Shown here: one piece after another, positions 19,901 through 28,726 of the stretch
Position numbering within the stretch: position 1 is the first letter of the stretch
How the letters are laid out: each line of letters starts with the position of its first letter
Assembly: GCA_050173015.1 (NCBI GenBank)
Contig: JBFXLE010000005.1
Coordinates: forward strand, 32,001 to 96,000
Source of the DNA: Calditrichaceae bacterium
GTDB taxonomy: Bacteria; Calditrichota; Calditrichia; Calditrichales; JBFXGD01
Direction of reading: 5' to 3'
Length of the DNA: 64,000 nucleotides
Position numbers and translations under genes: made by a program
Notes under the pieces: generated by a model
Seen by the model: the letters and a program-made list of their open reading frames with translations, nothing else
What the model was told of the DNA's origin: nothing
Database searches by the model: none

Positions 19901-20366
19901 GCTGTTCTCATCTGATAATTTAAAGGAAAAGGATCTTTCTTTTATAAATGACTGGTCCCTGGATAAGGTTATCCGGCGGAATTATTTGAAATTAGGCGTC
20001 GGGCCTGCTCAAATAGCGGATGAGATCAATTTGATCCATATTCTTTTGAATGTAAATACGGACATCCTTTTTGATGACGAATCCCTGCTCCGGGCGCATA
20101 CCGAAGAATTATTCTCTGATTCGCATGTTCGCTCATTTAACAAACTCAATCTTTATCAGGGTATCTGGTATTTTCAGAAAGAATCGTTCGACAATCTGAT
20201 AAACTGGCTTTTTATTCTGTCAATCCTTGATATTTTCCGGCAAAATGAGCAGATAAAAACACCAATCCTTAATAAATTATTCAAGGCTGTGGAACGGATT
20301 GATCTTTTTAAGAATACCGCGGAAAAAAGCGGTTATGATCTTCATATCTTTCTGAAAATGTTATAA
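16902..20366 (+). CDS. Large GH13 alpha-amylase-family glycoside hydrolase
   Basis: DMVPNH, WNDTAQLNY, catalytic RFDAAM / LAEAFW / NNPDE, with long N- and C-terminal extensions. The start could be 16845. Confidence 0.9.
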   Translation: MTDDKIPSFEFHISKKARNKYIIDQTLFSIKGRVIFANIAAARKFILNINKERDAGNALNASEINAMGLLDEIMHYVIETYRAEKNPSLFKKMENFLSDELGGEALDKLLRAFAEAFPSTDVYNGKMNAGEYLEGTTGDLSNRHVILEEIMVLWLDNRNPAYQPIYDLIDEKELTDTIYDKSFILLNTFFKNEPSFGPENLPLLDLLLQPSKKFPHSITAQLEYIRKKWSVLIPSFLSRILLGMDLIKEEQKPRFDADLFGHGPTEVTQFTGTEYEQEPERFSQDLHWMPRLVLMAKSTYVWLDQLSKQYQRNIYRLDQVPDEELDRLSQSGFTGLWLIGLWERSKASRRIKQISGNPEAVASAYSLYNYSIANDLGGDEAYQNLKDRAWKRGIRLASDMVPNHMGIDSEWLINHPSWFVQSHQPPFPGYNFSGQDLSDDPRVGIFIEDGYWNKTDASVVFKRLDRYTGDVRYVYHGNDGTSMPWNDTAQLNYLMPEVREAVIQTILHVARKFPIIRFDAAMTLAKKHYQRLWFPEPGSGGDIPSRAEQGLTKANFDRLFPIEFWREVVDRVQQEVPDTLLLAEAFWMMEGYFVRSLGMHRVYNSAFMNMLKKEENQKYRESIRNVLEFNPQILKRYVNFMNNPDEETAIAQFGKDDKYFGVCVLMCTMPGLPMFGHGQIEGYKEKYGMEYRRAYWDEQPDEWLVKRHQKEIFPLMKKRYLFSDVEEFLLYDFFTSEGRVNENVFAYSNRSGSESCLVLYNNKFEHASGWVKTSVGFKNAEDNIVQKTLGEGLNLTHDNQKFVIFRDQITGLEYLRSSKDLSENGLFVELGAFKYNVFLDFHEVTNTAQEPWAELNHYLRGRPVESVREALTEYRFGPVIQAFDEAINPGSLLWLSQGLNDQKMDKKVYKSYLEKTKQLLSSARPFINPDLAVKSDPKLSAGYYPSLLKLPNIAKHVKEGKRKAAKIESVLLDSFQPEKNRLSSGHRILLTLSFLNSLSGLFSSDNLKEKDLSFINDWSLDKVIRRNYLKLGVGPAQIADEINLIHILLNVNTDILFDDESLLRAHTEELFSDSHVRSFNKLNLYQGIWYFQKESFDNLINWLFILSILDIFRQNEQIKTPILNKLFKAVERIDLFKNTAEKSGYDLHIFLKML

Positions 20367-20370
20367 TTTT

Positions 20371-20396
20371 CCCCCGCCTGGCCGGGCGGGGTTTTT
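20371..20396 (+). terminator. Intrinsic terminator
   Basis: CCCCGCC-TGGCCG-GGCGGGG followed by TTTTT. Confidence 0.75.
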
Positions 20397-20500
20397 AACT
20401 TTCCATCCATATTCCATTCTCCGGAAATATCTGTAAAGATGATATACGTTTAAAAACCTAGTTACATACGAACAGGTTTTTAAATAACCGGGGAAAATTA

Positions 20501-22246
20501 ATGGCTATTTCGCATGAGCAACTTTTATTATCCATACCGGAACATCTCAGGCAGTTTGTTGTCGAACAGAATTATGACCGTTACACATCCCGGGATCAGG
20601 CGGTTTGGCGTTATATTATGCGCAGAAATTTAAGCTTCCTAAAAAAACATGCCCATCCCGCCTATTTTGACGGACTAAAAAAAACCGGAATCAGCGCTGA
20701 CAGAATCCCTGATATCGGTGAAATGAATGACGCGCTCAGCAAAATTGGATGGCGAGCGGTTGTTGTTGACGGATTTATACCACCGGCCGCTTTTATGGAA
20801 TTTCAGATGCACAAAATTTTGGTTATATCCGCTGAAATAAGAACGATCCAGCACATTCTGTATACCCCGGCTCCTGATATTGTACACGAAGCCGCCGGTC
20901 ACGCTCCCATTATCGCCGATGAGCAGTACAGCCGTTTTCTGCAAAAAGTCGGCGAATACGGCTCTAAAGCCTTTTCATCCAAACTGGATTATGAGATTTA
21001 TGAAGCCATACGGTATTTATCAATTATAAAGGAGTATCCCGACGCCTCCGAGGAGGATCTGGTAAGGGCAGAAAAGGAATTAAGTAAAAAGATCGCCGCC
21101 AACACCGCGCCATCGGAGGCCACCCTTCTTTCCAGACTGCACTGGTGGACCGTTGAATATGGATTGATCGGAACGGCTGATGACTTTAAAATTTATGGCG
21201 CGGGACTGCTTTCCTCAGTTGGTGAAAGCAAAAACTGTCTCAATCCGATTGTAAAAAAATTACCTCTCGCCATCAATACCGTCAACTATAATTATGATAT
21301 AACTAAGGAACAGCCGCAGCTGTTTATTGCCCATAATTGGACGCATTTAAATCAGGTTCTTGAGGAATTCGCGGATTCCATGTGCTTCAGGACGGCATCT
21401 GTCGAGTGTATTAACACAGCGATTGACTCAAAGAACGTGGCCACGGTAGAGTTGTCATCAGGTATTCAGGTCTCGGGTAAATTTAACAAAGTCATCACCA
21501 ATTCGGAAAATCAGGCAGTATATATCGAAACAATTGGAAAAACAGCATTCTCCTTTAAGAATGTTGAAATTGAAAACCAGGGTATTGATCATCATCCCGA
21601 TGGCGCGGGATTTCCGGTTGGGAAACTCATAAATACCGGAATACCGCTTGAAGACTTCGCTGATTCAGAATTGCAAAAACTTGCTCAGGATGACCAACGG
21701 ATCAGACTACCCTATGAATCGGGCATGGTAGTTACCGGCAAACTCAAACAGACCATTCGTAAAAACGGTAAAATTATTCTTCTGCGCTTTACCGATTTTC
21801 ACATAAGCAGCCCCGGCGAGGAGAGCTTAAGTCCTCATCAATCCGCTCACTATGATATGGCGGTTGGCGAAAGGATTGTTTCTGTTTTCTCAGGATCCGC
21901 CGATAAAACCCGTTTTAACGTAATGCCGCCAAAATCGGAGAAAAAAGCCATTCCCATTGAATATTCTGATGAAGAATTGCAATTATTTGAGTGGTACCAA
22001 ATAGTAAGACAGATGAGAGAGTCAAATAAATTCGACTATGGTGTCTTAAAGTCTATATTTTATAAAATTGCCGAAAATTATACGCTGGAATGGCTTTTGC
22101 CGCTTGAAATTTATGAATTATTGCAGCTAAACCGGATTAAAAAGGATGTTTTTGTTCTCGGAATTTATTCTCATCTGAATGAATTAAAAAAATTCAGCAC
22201 CGAATATGAAATGATAATTTCTGCCGGAATGGATTTGTTGGAGTGA
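20501..22246 (+). CDS. phhA: Aromatic amino acid hydroxylase (long-form phenylalanine 4-monooxygenase)
   Basis: Iron ligands in YTPAPDIVHEAAGH and LHWWTVEYGL, plus YGAGLLSS and an extended C-terminal domain. Confidence 0.9.
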   Translation: MAISHEQLLLSIPEHLRQFVVEQNYDRYTSRDQAVWRYIMRRNLSFLKKHAHPAYFDGLKKTGISADRIPDIGEMNDALSKIGWRAVVVDGFIPPAAFMEFQMHKILVISAEIRTIQHILYTPAPDIVHEAAGHAPIIADEQYSRFLQKVGEYGSKAFSSKLDYEIYEAIRYLSIIKEYPDASEEDLVRAEKELSKKIAANTAPSEATLLSRLHWWTVEYGLIGTADDFKIYGAGLLSSVGESKNCLNPIVKKLPLAINTVNYNYDITKEQPQLFIAHNWTHLNQVLEEFADSMCFRTASVECINTAIDSKNVATVELSSGIQVSGKFNKVITNSENQAVYIETIGKTAFSFKNVEIENQGIDHHPDGAGFPVGKLINTGIPLEDFADSELQKLAQDDQRIRLPYESGMVVTGKLKQTIRKNGKIILLRFTDFHISSPGEESLSPHQSAHYDMAVGERIVSVFSGSADKTRFNVMPPKSEKKAIPIEYSDEELQLFEWYQIVRQMRESNKFDYGVLKSIFYKIAENYTLEWLLPLEIYELLQLNRIKKDVFVLGIYSHLNELKKFSTEYEMIISAGMDLLE

Positions 22247-22247
22247 G

Positions 22248-22991
22248 TTATTTTTGCAGAATGGGTGTCACCTGATAGGTAAAAATATTATCTACCTTAT
22301 CGAGCTTACGAATGTCAGCCCTGATCGCTTCGGCTGTGGTCTGATATTCAATCGGATAATTGGGGTATATTGGGGAGTTATCTGATTTTCGGGGCGCGAC
22401 ACTTTGCGATAATTCAATTAAAAAAAGAGATTGATAAAAATATGTCCTCGCATTCGCGAACTCACCCAGCTGCATTTGGCACAAACCCTTAATATGAGTA
22501 TAAAGCGCGGAGGATCCATTTTGCGCGATGGCCAGATTGATACACTCCATTGCTCTTAGGAAGTCTTTTTGTTCATACAACACTACTGCCGCGAGATAAT
22601 TCAGGTATTCATCCTCCGGATATTTCGAATATGTTCCTATGATATATTCATTATATCTTTCTCGGTAGGCTTCCCAGGCGAACTGGCTGTTAATTTCAAA
22701 TATCTTTTGAATCAATTCCGGGGTAATTTCTTTATATTCTTTTTCAAGCTGCTGATATATGGCGAAGGTTCGTTCAAAAGTAAAGGGCTCATCATCAAGA
22801 ATATCAGGAGCATAGGAAGGGGGACGATTTGCAAGGCGTTCGATTTCTTCTTCATTGTTCTTCATGAAGACTTCGTTACCGATATCAAAAACTTCATTAA
22901 TCGAGGCCAGCGTGAACTCACGGGTAAAGTTCCGCTCTTTAAAAACCTTATAAATTTCCTGAATGGTTTCTTTTATGTCTGGCCTGTTCAT
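22248..22991 (-). CDS. TPR-containing hypothetical protein
   Basis: TPR-like helices (YLAAVVLYEQKDFLRAMECINLAIAQN; HIKGLCQMQLGEFANARTYFYQSL). Its start overlaps the upstream stop (ATGA). Confidence 0.75.
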   Translation of the reverse strand: MNRPDIKETIQEIYKVFKERNFTREFTLASINEVFDIGNEVFMKNNEEEIERLANRPPSYAPDILDDEPFTFERTFAIYQQLEKEYKEITPELIQKIFEINSQFAWEAYRERYNEYIIGTYSKYPEDEYLNYLAAVVLYEQKDFLRAMECINLAIAQNGSSALYTHIKGLCQMQLGEFANARTYFYQSLFLIELSQSVAPRKSDNSPIYPNYPIEYQTTAEAIRADIRKLDKVDNIFTYQVTPILQK

Positions 22992-25705
22992 TGTAAATCA
23001 CCTTTTTTGTATAATATAATACTCTCAGGTTCAAGCCAAAGTTTCTTATTAAATATTTCTGCTCTTCTGTCTATAGGATATATTATCGAACAGTTTTCGG
23101 GAATGTTTACCATTTGAGCGTTTTTTGAAAAATTCAGGGCAGCATAAACCGTGTCATTCATCATATAGCGCCGGAATCGCCAAATCATTTTCTCTTCATC
23201 AACACGCGTTGTTTCCATTTTTCCGGATGTTAACGCGGCGTTGCTTTTTCTTAAATTAATAAGCGAGATATAAAAATCAAGCCATTTTGAATTTTTTAAT
23301 CCCGGATATTCCGGCCGCGTTTCTCTTAGCCCTAATTCCTGCCCATAATAAATTAGCGGAGTTCCCGGGACGGTGAACAGCAAAGCAGCCATCATTTTTG
23401 TTCTTCTCTCGCCATATTTGTTCAAAAAGCGATCCAGATCGTGATTCTCTATATATCTCAAGCTTTTTGCGGTCTCCGGATAATTGGTTTCCGCTTTTTT
23501 CAATCCATAATCGAGTGCTGAAACCGGTTTTCTCTTATTCATAACATCCAATATATTGCCATAAAAATCTGTGTCGTACGACATATCAAATTCATTAAAA
23601 TGATAGGCCTGTTGTCTCGGTAAAACTTCATCAATCAAAAGACATTCCGGATTTATTTTTTTTATTTCCCTGCGGAAATCTTTCCAGAAATCATGCGGTA
23701 CCGCCCAGGCAACATCACAACGGAATCCATCCACACCCAGGCCTGCCCAGAACCGCGCCACATCCAGCATGAAATGGCGTACCTGCGGATTATTATAATT
23801 CAGATTTACTAGGGTATCCCAGTCATTATGATAACCCCAGCTGCCGTCATCATTCCAGTAAAACCAACTTCTTAAAGGCGATTGACTGTTCGCGGCGGCA
23901 GCCCTTACAAATCGGTGCTGATCCGACAGATGGTTTGCAACGAAATCAAAGATCACTTTCATCCCCAGGCCATGCGCGGATTGAATTAATTCCCTGTACT
24001 CTTTTAAGGAGCCGTAATCCTTTTCCGTGTCGAACAGTTTTGCGGGTGCGTATCCATGATCGGTCGGACCGTCATATACGGGCATTAACCATATCGTATT
24101 GACACCCAGCGATTTGAGACCGGGGAGCTGTGATTTTAGAGATTCAAAAGTCCCTGATTCTGTATATTTTCTGAGATATATCTCATAAATGATCGCCGTG
24201 TCGGCCCAGGCCGGTGACGAGCTGAAATCACTGACAATGGTCTCGCCGAAATGATTGATCAGAAGCGTGGCAGGCTCGGAAAAAATACCGTTTTTTTCAA
24301 CAACCGCATAATAAAAGTAATTACCCTCTTTTCGGGATTGGTTAAACAGCAAACGGTTCTGTCTGGCGCTTATTCCGGACTCCGGATTGTTAATATCTTC
24401 GTACCAGTGAATTTTTTCACCGTCCGCGGATTTCATGTTTAACGGAATGCTTACTGTTTCTTTTTGTTTTTCCATCTTTGATGGTTCAAAGGCCAGCATG
24501 GGGCGTTCAGCCTCCACCCGAATTATCGAATTAAATCCATTCCAGCCGTCTCCAATCCTTTCCGGATTAATCGGATCCGCTATCCAGTCTTGTCCGTTAA
24601 GAACAAATTTATATTCATACTGTCCGGGGATAAGATGAATTTCTGTGTTCCAGGATTTTATCCTGTCATCATAATGCATCGGATTGCTTGTATTTTGCCA
24701 CTGATTAAACTCCCCCACAAGGGAAACACTTTGAATGCTTATCGCCGCGTCATTTGATTGATAATTAAACTTTGTTTTGCTGAGTTTATGCGGCAAAACA
24801 ACGATATCACCCAAATCACTTGATGCTGCTTTCATCGAATCGGTCACCGTGAGTCTTAACAGATACCGGCCGGCCGCCGCGGGAATAAACAGGGGAAACG
24901 GGGTGTCCGGGTTTTCTAACGAATATCTCCCCGGCGCTCTGACAACAGACCATTCAAATTTCACCGGAGAATCGAAATCAGGGTCGAATGAGTTGCCGCC
25001 GTTTAATACCAAAGGCTGGTTTATATGGGTAAATTGAGTATAACCAGCCTCTGCCACAGGAGGCTGGTTATTATAATTTATAAACCAAATTCCTTTTTGA
25101 GATACGATTTCGACGGTGTCATCTTTGATGATACGATAACTCCATTGATGTTCACCTTCGGATAAGGGTGGGAAAAGACCGGCAAGTTGACTATCACATC
25201 TGTCTAATTTATGCTTTAAACCGTCTATTTTGAATTCAAACCCAATCTCAGAATCGGTGATGGAATGGTCAAAAATGATTCTCAGGCTGTCGGGTTGTTT
25301 ATAAAGCCAGTTGCCGGTTTCCGGGATAATATTTACTAAAATAGATTCTACTCCCGCGCTTAGATTCAACACAGAGTTTGAATAAGCTCCCTCATATTCC
25401 TTATTTTCCGGATCCCTCAGCCACCTTTTTCCGTTCATTACATACCTGTAGAGATAACGGCCCGGTTTTAGATGCAGTCGGGCTTCCCAGACACTATCGC
25501 CGTCGCTATCTCTGAGATAATGAATATTTGAGCGCCATTCATTAAAGTCACCCGCTAACGCGAGCGTTTTAATGTCTAATTTCTGCTGACGGTTATCAAA
25601 CCTGAAAACTTGGCTCACGATTTGTTTTTCCGTCTCCGTCTTTAAGACAAAATAAAAAACCAGCGCGATAAGTATAATAAGTGACCGGTTAATCCATTTT
25701 AGCAT
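22988..25705 (-). CDS. Membrane-anchored multidomain GH13 amylase (two CBM48/AMPK-like modules, PKD-like domain, catalytic domain)
   Basis: N-terminal TM; AGDFNEW...PGRYLYRY..W..DP and VGEFNQW...PGQYEYKF..WIADP; PPVAEAG...LNGGNSFDPD...LTVTD; catalytic DFVANH, FRCDVA, IDE, ENHD. Confidence 0.9.
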   Translation of the reverse strand: MLKWINRSLIILIALVFYFVLKTETEKQIVSQVFRFDNRQQKLDIKTLALAGDFNEWRSNIHYLRDSDGDSVWEARLHLKPGRYLYRYVMNGKRWLRDPENKEYEGAYSNSVLNLSAGVESILVNIIPETGNWLYKQPDSLRIIFDHSITDSEIGFEFKIDGLKHKLDRCDSQLAGLFPPLSEGEHQWSYRIIKDDTVEIVSQKGIWFINYNNQPPVAEAGYTQFTHINQPLVLNGGNSFDPDFDSPVKFEWSVVRAPGRYSLENPDTPFPLFIPAAAGRYLLRLTVTDSMKAASSDLGDIVVLPHKLSKTKFNYQSNDAAISIQSVSLVGEFNQWQNTSNPMHYDDRIKSWNTEIHLIPGQYEYKFVLNGQDWIADPINPERIGDGWNGFNSIIRVEAERPMLAFEPSKMEKQKETVSIPLNMKSADGEKIHWYEDINNPESGISARQNRLLFNQSRKEGNYFYYAVVEKNGIFSEPATLLINHFGETIVSDFSSSPAWADTAIIYEIYLRKYTESGTFESLKSQLPGLKSLGVNTIWLMPVYDGPTDHGYAPAKLFDTEKDYGSLKEYRELIQSAHGLGMKVIFDFVANHLSDQHRFVRAAAANSQSPLRSWFYWNDDGSWGYHNDWDTLVNLNYNNPQVRHFMLDVARFWAGLGVDGFRCDVAWAVPHDFWKDFRREIKKINPECLLIDEVLPRQQAYHFNEFDMSYDTDFYGNILDVMNKRKPVSALDYGLKKAETNYPETAKSLRYIENHDLDRFLNKYGERRTKMMAALLFTVPGTPLIYYGQELGLRETRPEYPGLKNSKWLDFYISLINLRKSNAALTSGKMETTRVDEEKMIWRFRRYMMNDTVYAALNFSKNAQMVNIPENCSIIYPIDRRAEIFNKKLWLEPESIILYKKGDLQ

Positions 25706-26026
25706 GTGAATATCCTGTTTATTTAGAAGTTTTCTTGAAAATTATACAATCCTGTGTTAAAATCAAGAAGATTGATCACGACAAATATAGCGGGAAATGA
25801 TTTCTTTTTAAAAAAAACAGGCTTCTTTATTAAAAATCCTTTAAATTATCCAAAAATTTCACGGTTGACTATAAATTATGAATGATCTGTCCCGATGAGA
25901 TACATGCTGTTTATCGGAATGCTTAAAAACATATTTATAAATTGAAATAAAAAAAAGAAAGAGACGATATTACCGGAAAATAGATATTTTTACAGACATT
26001 TCTCAAAATCAATACGGAGGTTTTTG

Positions 26027-26662
26027 ATGAAGAAGATAATTACGTTCGCCGGTTTGTTTTTTATGTTGTTATCCACCACATACGCGCAACACCCGTTTAC
26101 TGAGTTTAAAATTGGTTTCCTCGATCCGTCCGGGGCCAGCACCGGCTTTTACGGCGGTGTGAATTTTGGCCGCGCTGTTGATGAAAATGTAGGCGTAAGT
26201 TTAGGGCTTGATATATATCGCCGCAGCTATACAGAAGAGACTGTAATTAAAAATGTTGAAGTCGGGGAAGGCGTATTTCAGGACGTCGCCAGATCTATTG
26301 ATCAAAGTATTACCATGATCCCGGTCTTTCTGCAATTTCATTATACCGGCAATCTTTCACCGGTTTTTAATCTTCGAGTCACCGGCGGATTCGGTTATGA
26401 GCTTTTATGGAATGGTGTAACTAACTATGAAACCAAGGAAGATGACACCGAATTTTACGGCGGATGGGGATGGCATCTGGACGCGGGCATCAGCTATCCT
26501 CTCAGCAGGGCCTCTGATCTCTATGGAGAAGTAACCTATACCGGCGGAAGCCCTTCCAGGGATGCCGGCGAAACAGCCGACGGGCTGCCGGTAAGATCCG
26601 AAATCGATATGAGCGGATTCGGGGCGCGAATTGGTATCCGGTTGTATGGACTCGGATTTTAA
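26027..26662 (+). CDS. Outer-membrane beta-barrel protein
   Basis: Signal peptide, alternating amphipathic strands, C-terminal Phe, GGAGG RBS. Confidence 0.75.
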   Translation: MKKIITFAGLFFMLLSTTYAQHPFTEFKIGFLDPSGASTGFYGGVNFGRAVDENVGVSLGLDIYRRSYTEETVIKNVEVGEGVFQDVARSIDQSITMIPVFLQFHYTGNLSPVFNLRVTGGFGYELLWNGVTNYETKEDDTEFYGGWGWHLDAGISYPLSRASDLYGEVTYTGGSPSRDAGETADGLPVRSEIDMSGFGARIGIRLYGLGF

Positions 26663-26744
26663 AGATAAAGGAAATCATTTTATCGCGGTTATTTTATATG
26701 AACAAATGATTCAACCAGCCCCATTTTAACAAGAGGAATTTGTT

Positions 26745-27971
26745 TTGCTTAATTTTAGACGATTCATAATATTGCTGCTCCTTCCTGTGATTGGCTGTAT
26801 GCATGCTCCGAGACATGAAGCCGAACCTGAAGTGCCAAGAATAAGAGCTTTGCTAAAAGAAGTTTCCGGTTTGGATTCTGTTGTCTTTAACGGAGCATAC
26901 TATCTCAATTCAGAAGAAGCCAGTTATGAATTTGGTTCAAAGAATAACCGCATTTACTTAAAACCGCTTGATGATGGATTTAAGCTATTTAATGAAAACA
27001 GGGTTTTTCTATTCAGAGAGAAGGACCTAGTTTCGTTTGTTTCAGAGAACGCGGAGGCCAATTTTAAGCTTGGGGGCCGAACCTATTCGGGAAACTTGAT
27101 TATGGTCTTCACCCCGGAAAAGAAGATTATGATCATAAACCGCGTAGATCTTGAAACATATCTCACGGGTGTCGTTCCTTTTGAAATTGCCACTCACAAG
27201 GATGTATTGCTCGATGCTGTCAAAGCCCAGTCTATTTGCGCGCGGACCTATGCCATTACAAAGATGAAAGAGCGCGAGGATATCCAATTTGATGTGTATG
27301 CCGATACACGCGACCAGGTTTATGGGGGGCTCGGTAAACAGTCCGAATTATCCAATCGGGGGATCAGTCAGACTAAGGGTGTGGTTCTGATGTCCGGAGA
27401 AAAGATGGCTACTGTTTACTACCACTCCACCTGCGGGGGAATGACGGAATCGGCCGGTGAGGTTTGGCCCGGCGTGAATAAAGAATATCTGGCGAATCGG
27501 CAGGATGCTCTCGGAGATCATTTTGCATGTGAAACTTCGCCGCTGTTCAGGTGGACAGAAGCGAGAACACTTGATCAAATTGATACACTTTTTGCCCGTT
27601 ATTTTAACAAACCGTTTCTCAATCCGATAGTCACTGATACCACTGATATATCCTTTAAAGCGGTTATCTCCAAACGAACTCCCGGCTCCAGAGTTTCGGA
27701 ACTTCAAATCAGTTATGCCGATACAACTTTTACGCTCAAAGGATATGAAATAAGACGATTTTTTGCCTGGCCTCCCGGAGGATATCTGCAAAGTAATCTG
27801 TTCCGGCTCGCGTCGGCCAACGATTCAACACTATTGATTGAAGGCGGCGGAAGCGGGCATGGAGTCGGCATGTGTCAATGGGGAGCCATGAACATGTCTG
27901 AAAACGGATTTAAATATTATCATATTCTGAGCAAATATTTTCCCGGGACCATACTTAAGAAGGTTTATTGA
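26745..27971 (+). CDS. SpoIID/LytB domain lipoprotein
   Basis: LETYLTGVVPFE, AVKAQSICARTYA, DQVYGG, YHSTCGG, GHGVGMCQWGA and a lipobox-like IGC. Confidence 0.92.
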   Translation: MLNFRRFIILLLLPVIGCMHAPRHEAEPEVPRIRALLKEVSGLDSVVFNGAYYLNSEEASYEFGSKNNRIYLKPLDDGFKLFNENRVFLFREKDLVSFVSENAEANFKLGGRTYSGNLIMVFTPEKKIMIINRVDLETYLTGVVPFEIATHKDVLLDAVKAQSICARTYAITKMKEREDIQFDVYADTRDQVYGGLGKQSELSNRGISQTKGVVLMSGEKMATVYYHSTCGGMTESAGEVWPGVNKEYLANRQDALGDHFACETSPLFRWTEARTLDQIDTLFARYFNKPFLNPIVTDTTDISFKAVISKRTPGSRVSELQISYADTTFTLKGYEIRRFFAWPPGGYLQSNLFRLASANDSTLLIEGGGSGHGVGMCQWGAMNMSENGFKYYHILSKYFPGTILKKVY

Positions 27972-28726
27972 TGAATCTGAAAACTTTTATTATTGTGTTG
28001 ACACTCATGCTATTAATTTTTTCCTGCCAGCCAAGGGAACTTATCCGGAAAGACCGACCGGCTGCCGAGGCGGATAGCGTTCTCTTTTATCAGCAAAAGC
28101 CTGTCGCAGATCCGTTTTTACTTTCATTAAACACAACAAATGACAATGAGGTCGTTCTTTCAAAACGACTGATTCCGCCCCCGCCCGAAATACCAAAATT
28201 TAAACAAATTGATGGTTATCGCGTGCAGGTCTTCGCCGGGTCAGATTCCCTAAGCGCGTCCGCGATAAAATATACTGTTAATGCCTTAAGCCCTGATTCC
28301 GTTTATTTAATACAGGATATGGGATTAATTAAAGTTCAGGCCGGTGATTTTCTCTATTATCCCGAGGCCGACAAACTCAATCAACTACTTAGAAAAAACG
28401 GATTCGCAAGCGCGTGGATTACTCAGACATTAATTAATATGCCCGTCCCGCCAGACAGCCCGGCGATAATGCCTGAAGAAACAAATAAACCGGCAAAAGA
28501 TTTAAACCGGAAATTTAAAATACAGGTATTGGCCACATCAGATGAATTTAAGGCCAAGAAGATTTCGACCGATCTTTCAATAAAATTCAACCGGGAATCT
28601 TTTTACGAAAAAACCGGGACGCTGTTTAAAGTGTTCGTCGGTGGATTTTCATCTCGCGCGGATGCCGAAGCCGTTCTTACAAAAATTCGCGGAAACGGTT
28701 ATCCGGATGCCTGGATTGCTCAGTAA
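27971..28726 (+). CDS. Double-SPOR-domain lipoprotein
   Basis: Lipobox IFSC; two SPOR repeats (GYRVQVFA...KVQAGDF; FKIQVLA...KVFVGGF...GYPDAWI); TGATG coupling to the upstream gene. Confidence 0.85.
   Translation: MNLKTFIIVLTLMLLIFSCQPRELIRKDRPAAEADSVLFYQQKPVADPFLLSLNTTNDNEVVLSKRLIPPPPEIPKFKQIDGYRVQVFAGSDSLSASAIKYTVNALSPDSVYLIQDMGLIKVQAGDFLYYPEADKLNQLLRKNGFASAWITQTLINMPVPPDSPAIMPEETNKPAKDLNRKFKIQVLATSDEFKAKKISTDLSIKFNRESFYEKTGTLFKVFVGGFSSRADAEAVLTKIRGNGYPDAWIAQ

Noticed and set aside
22569..23117. 182-aa plus-strand ORF, and the many similar 60-160-aa ORFs in the track
   Set aside because: They lie antisense or out of frame within well-supported genes and show no RBS or motifs.
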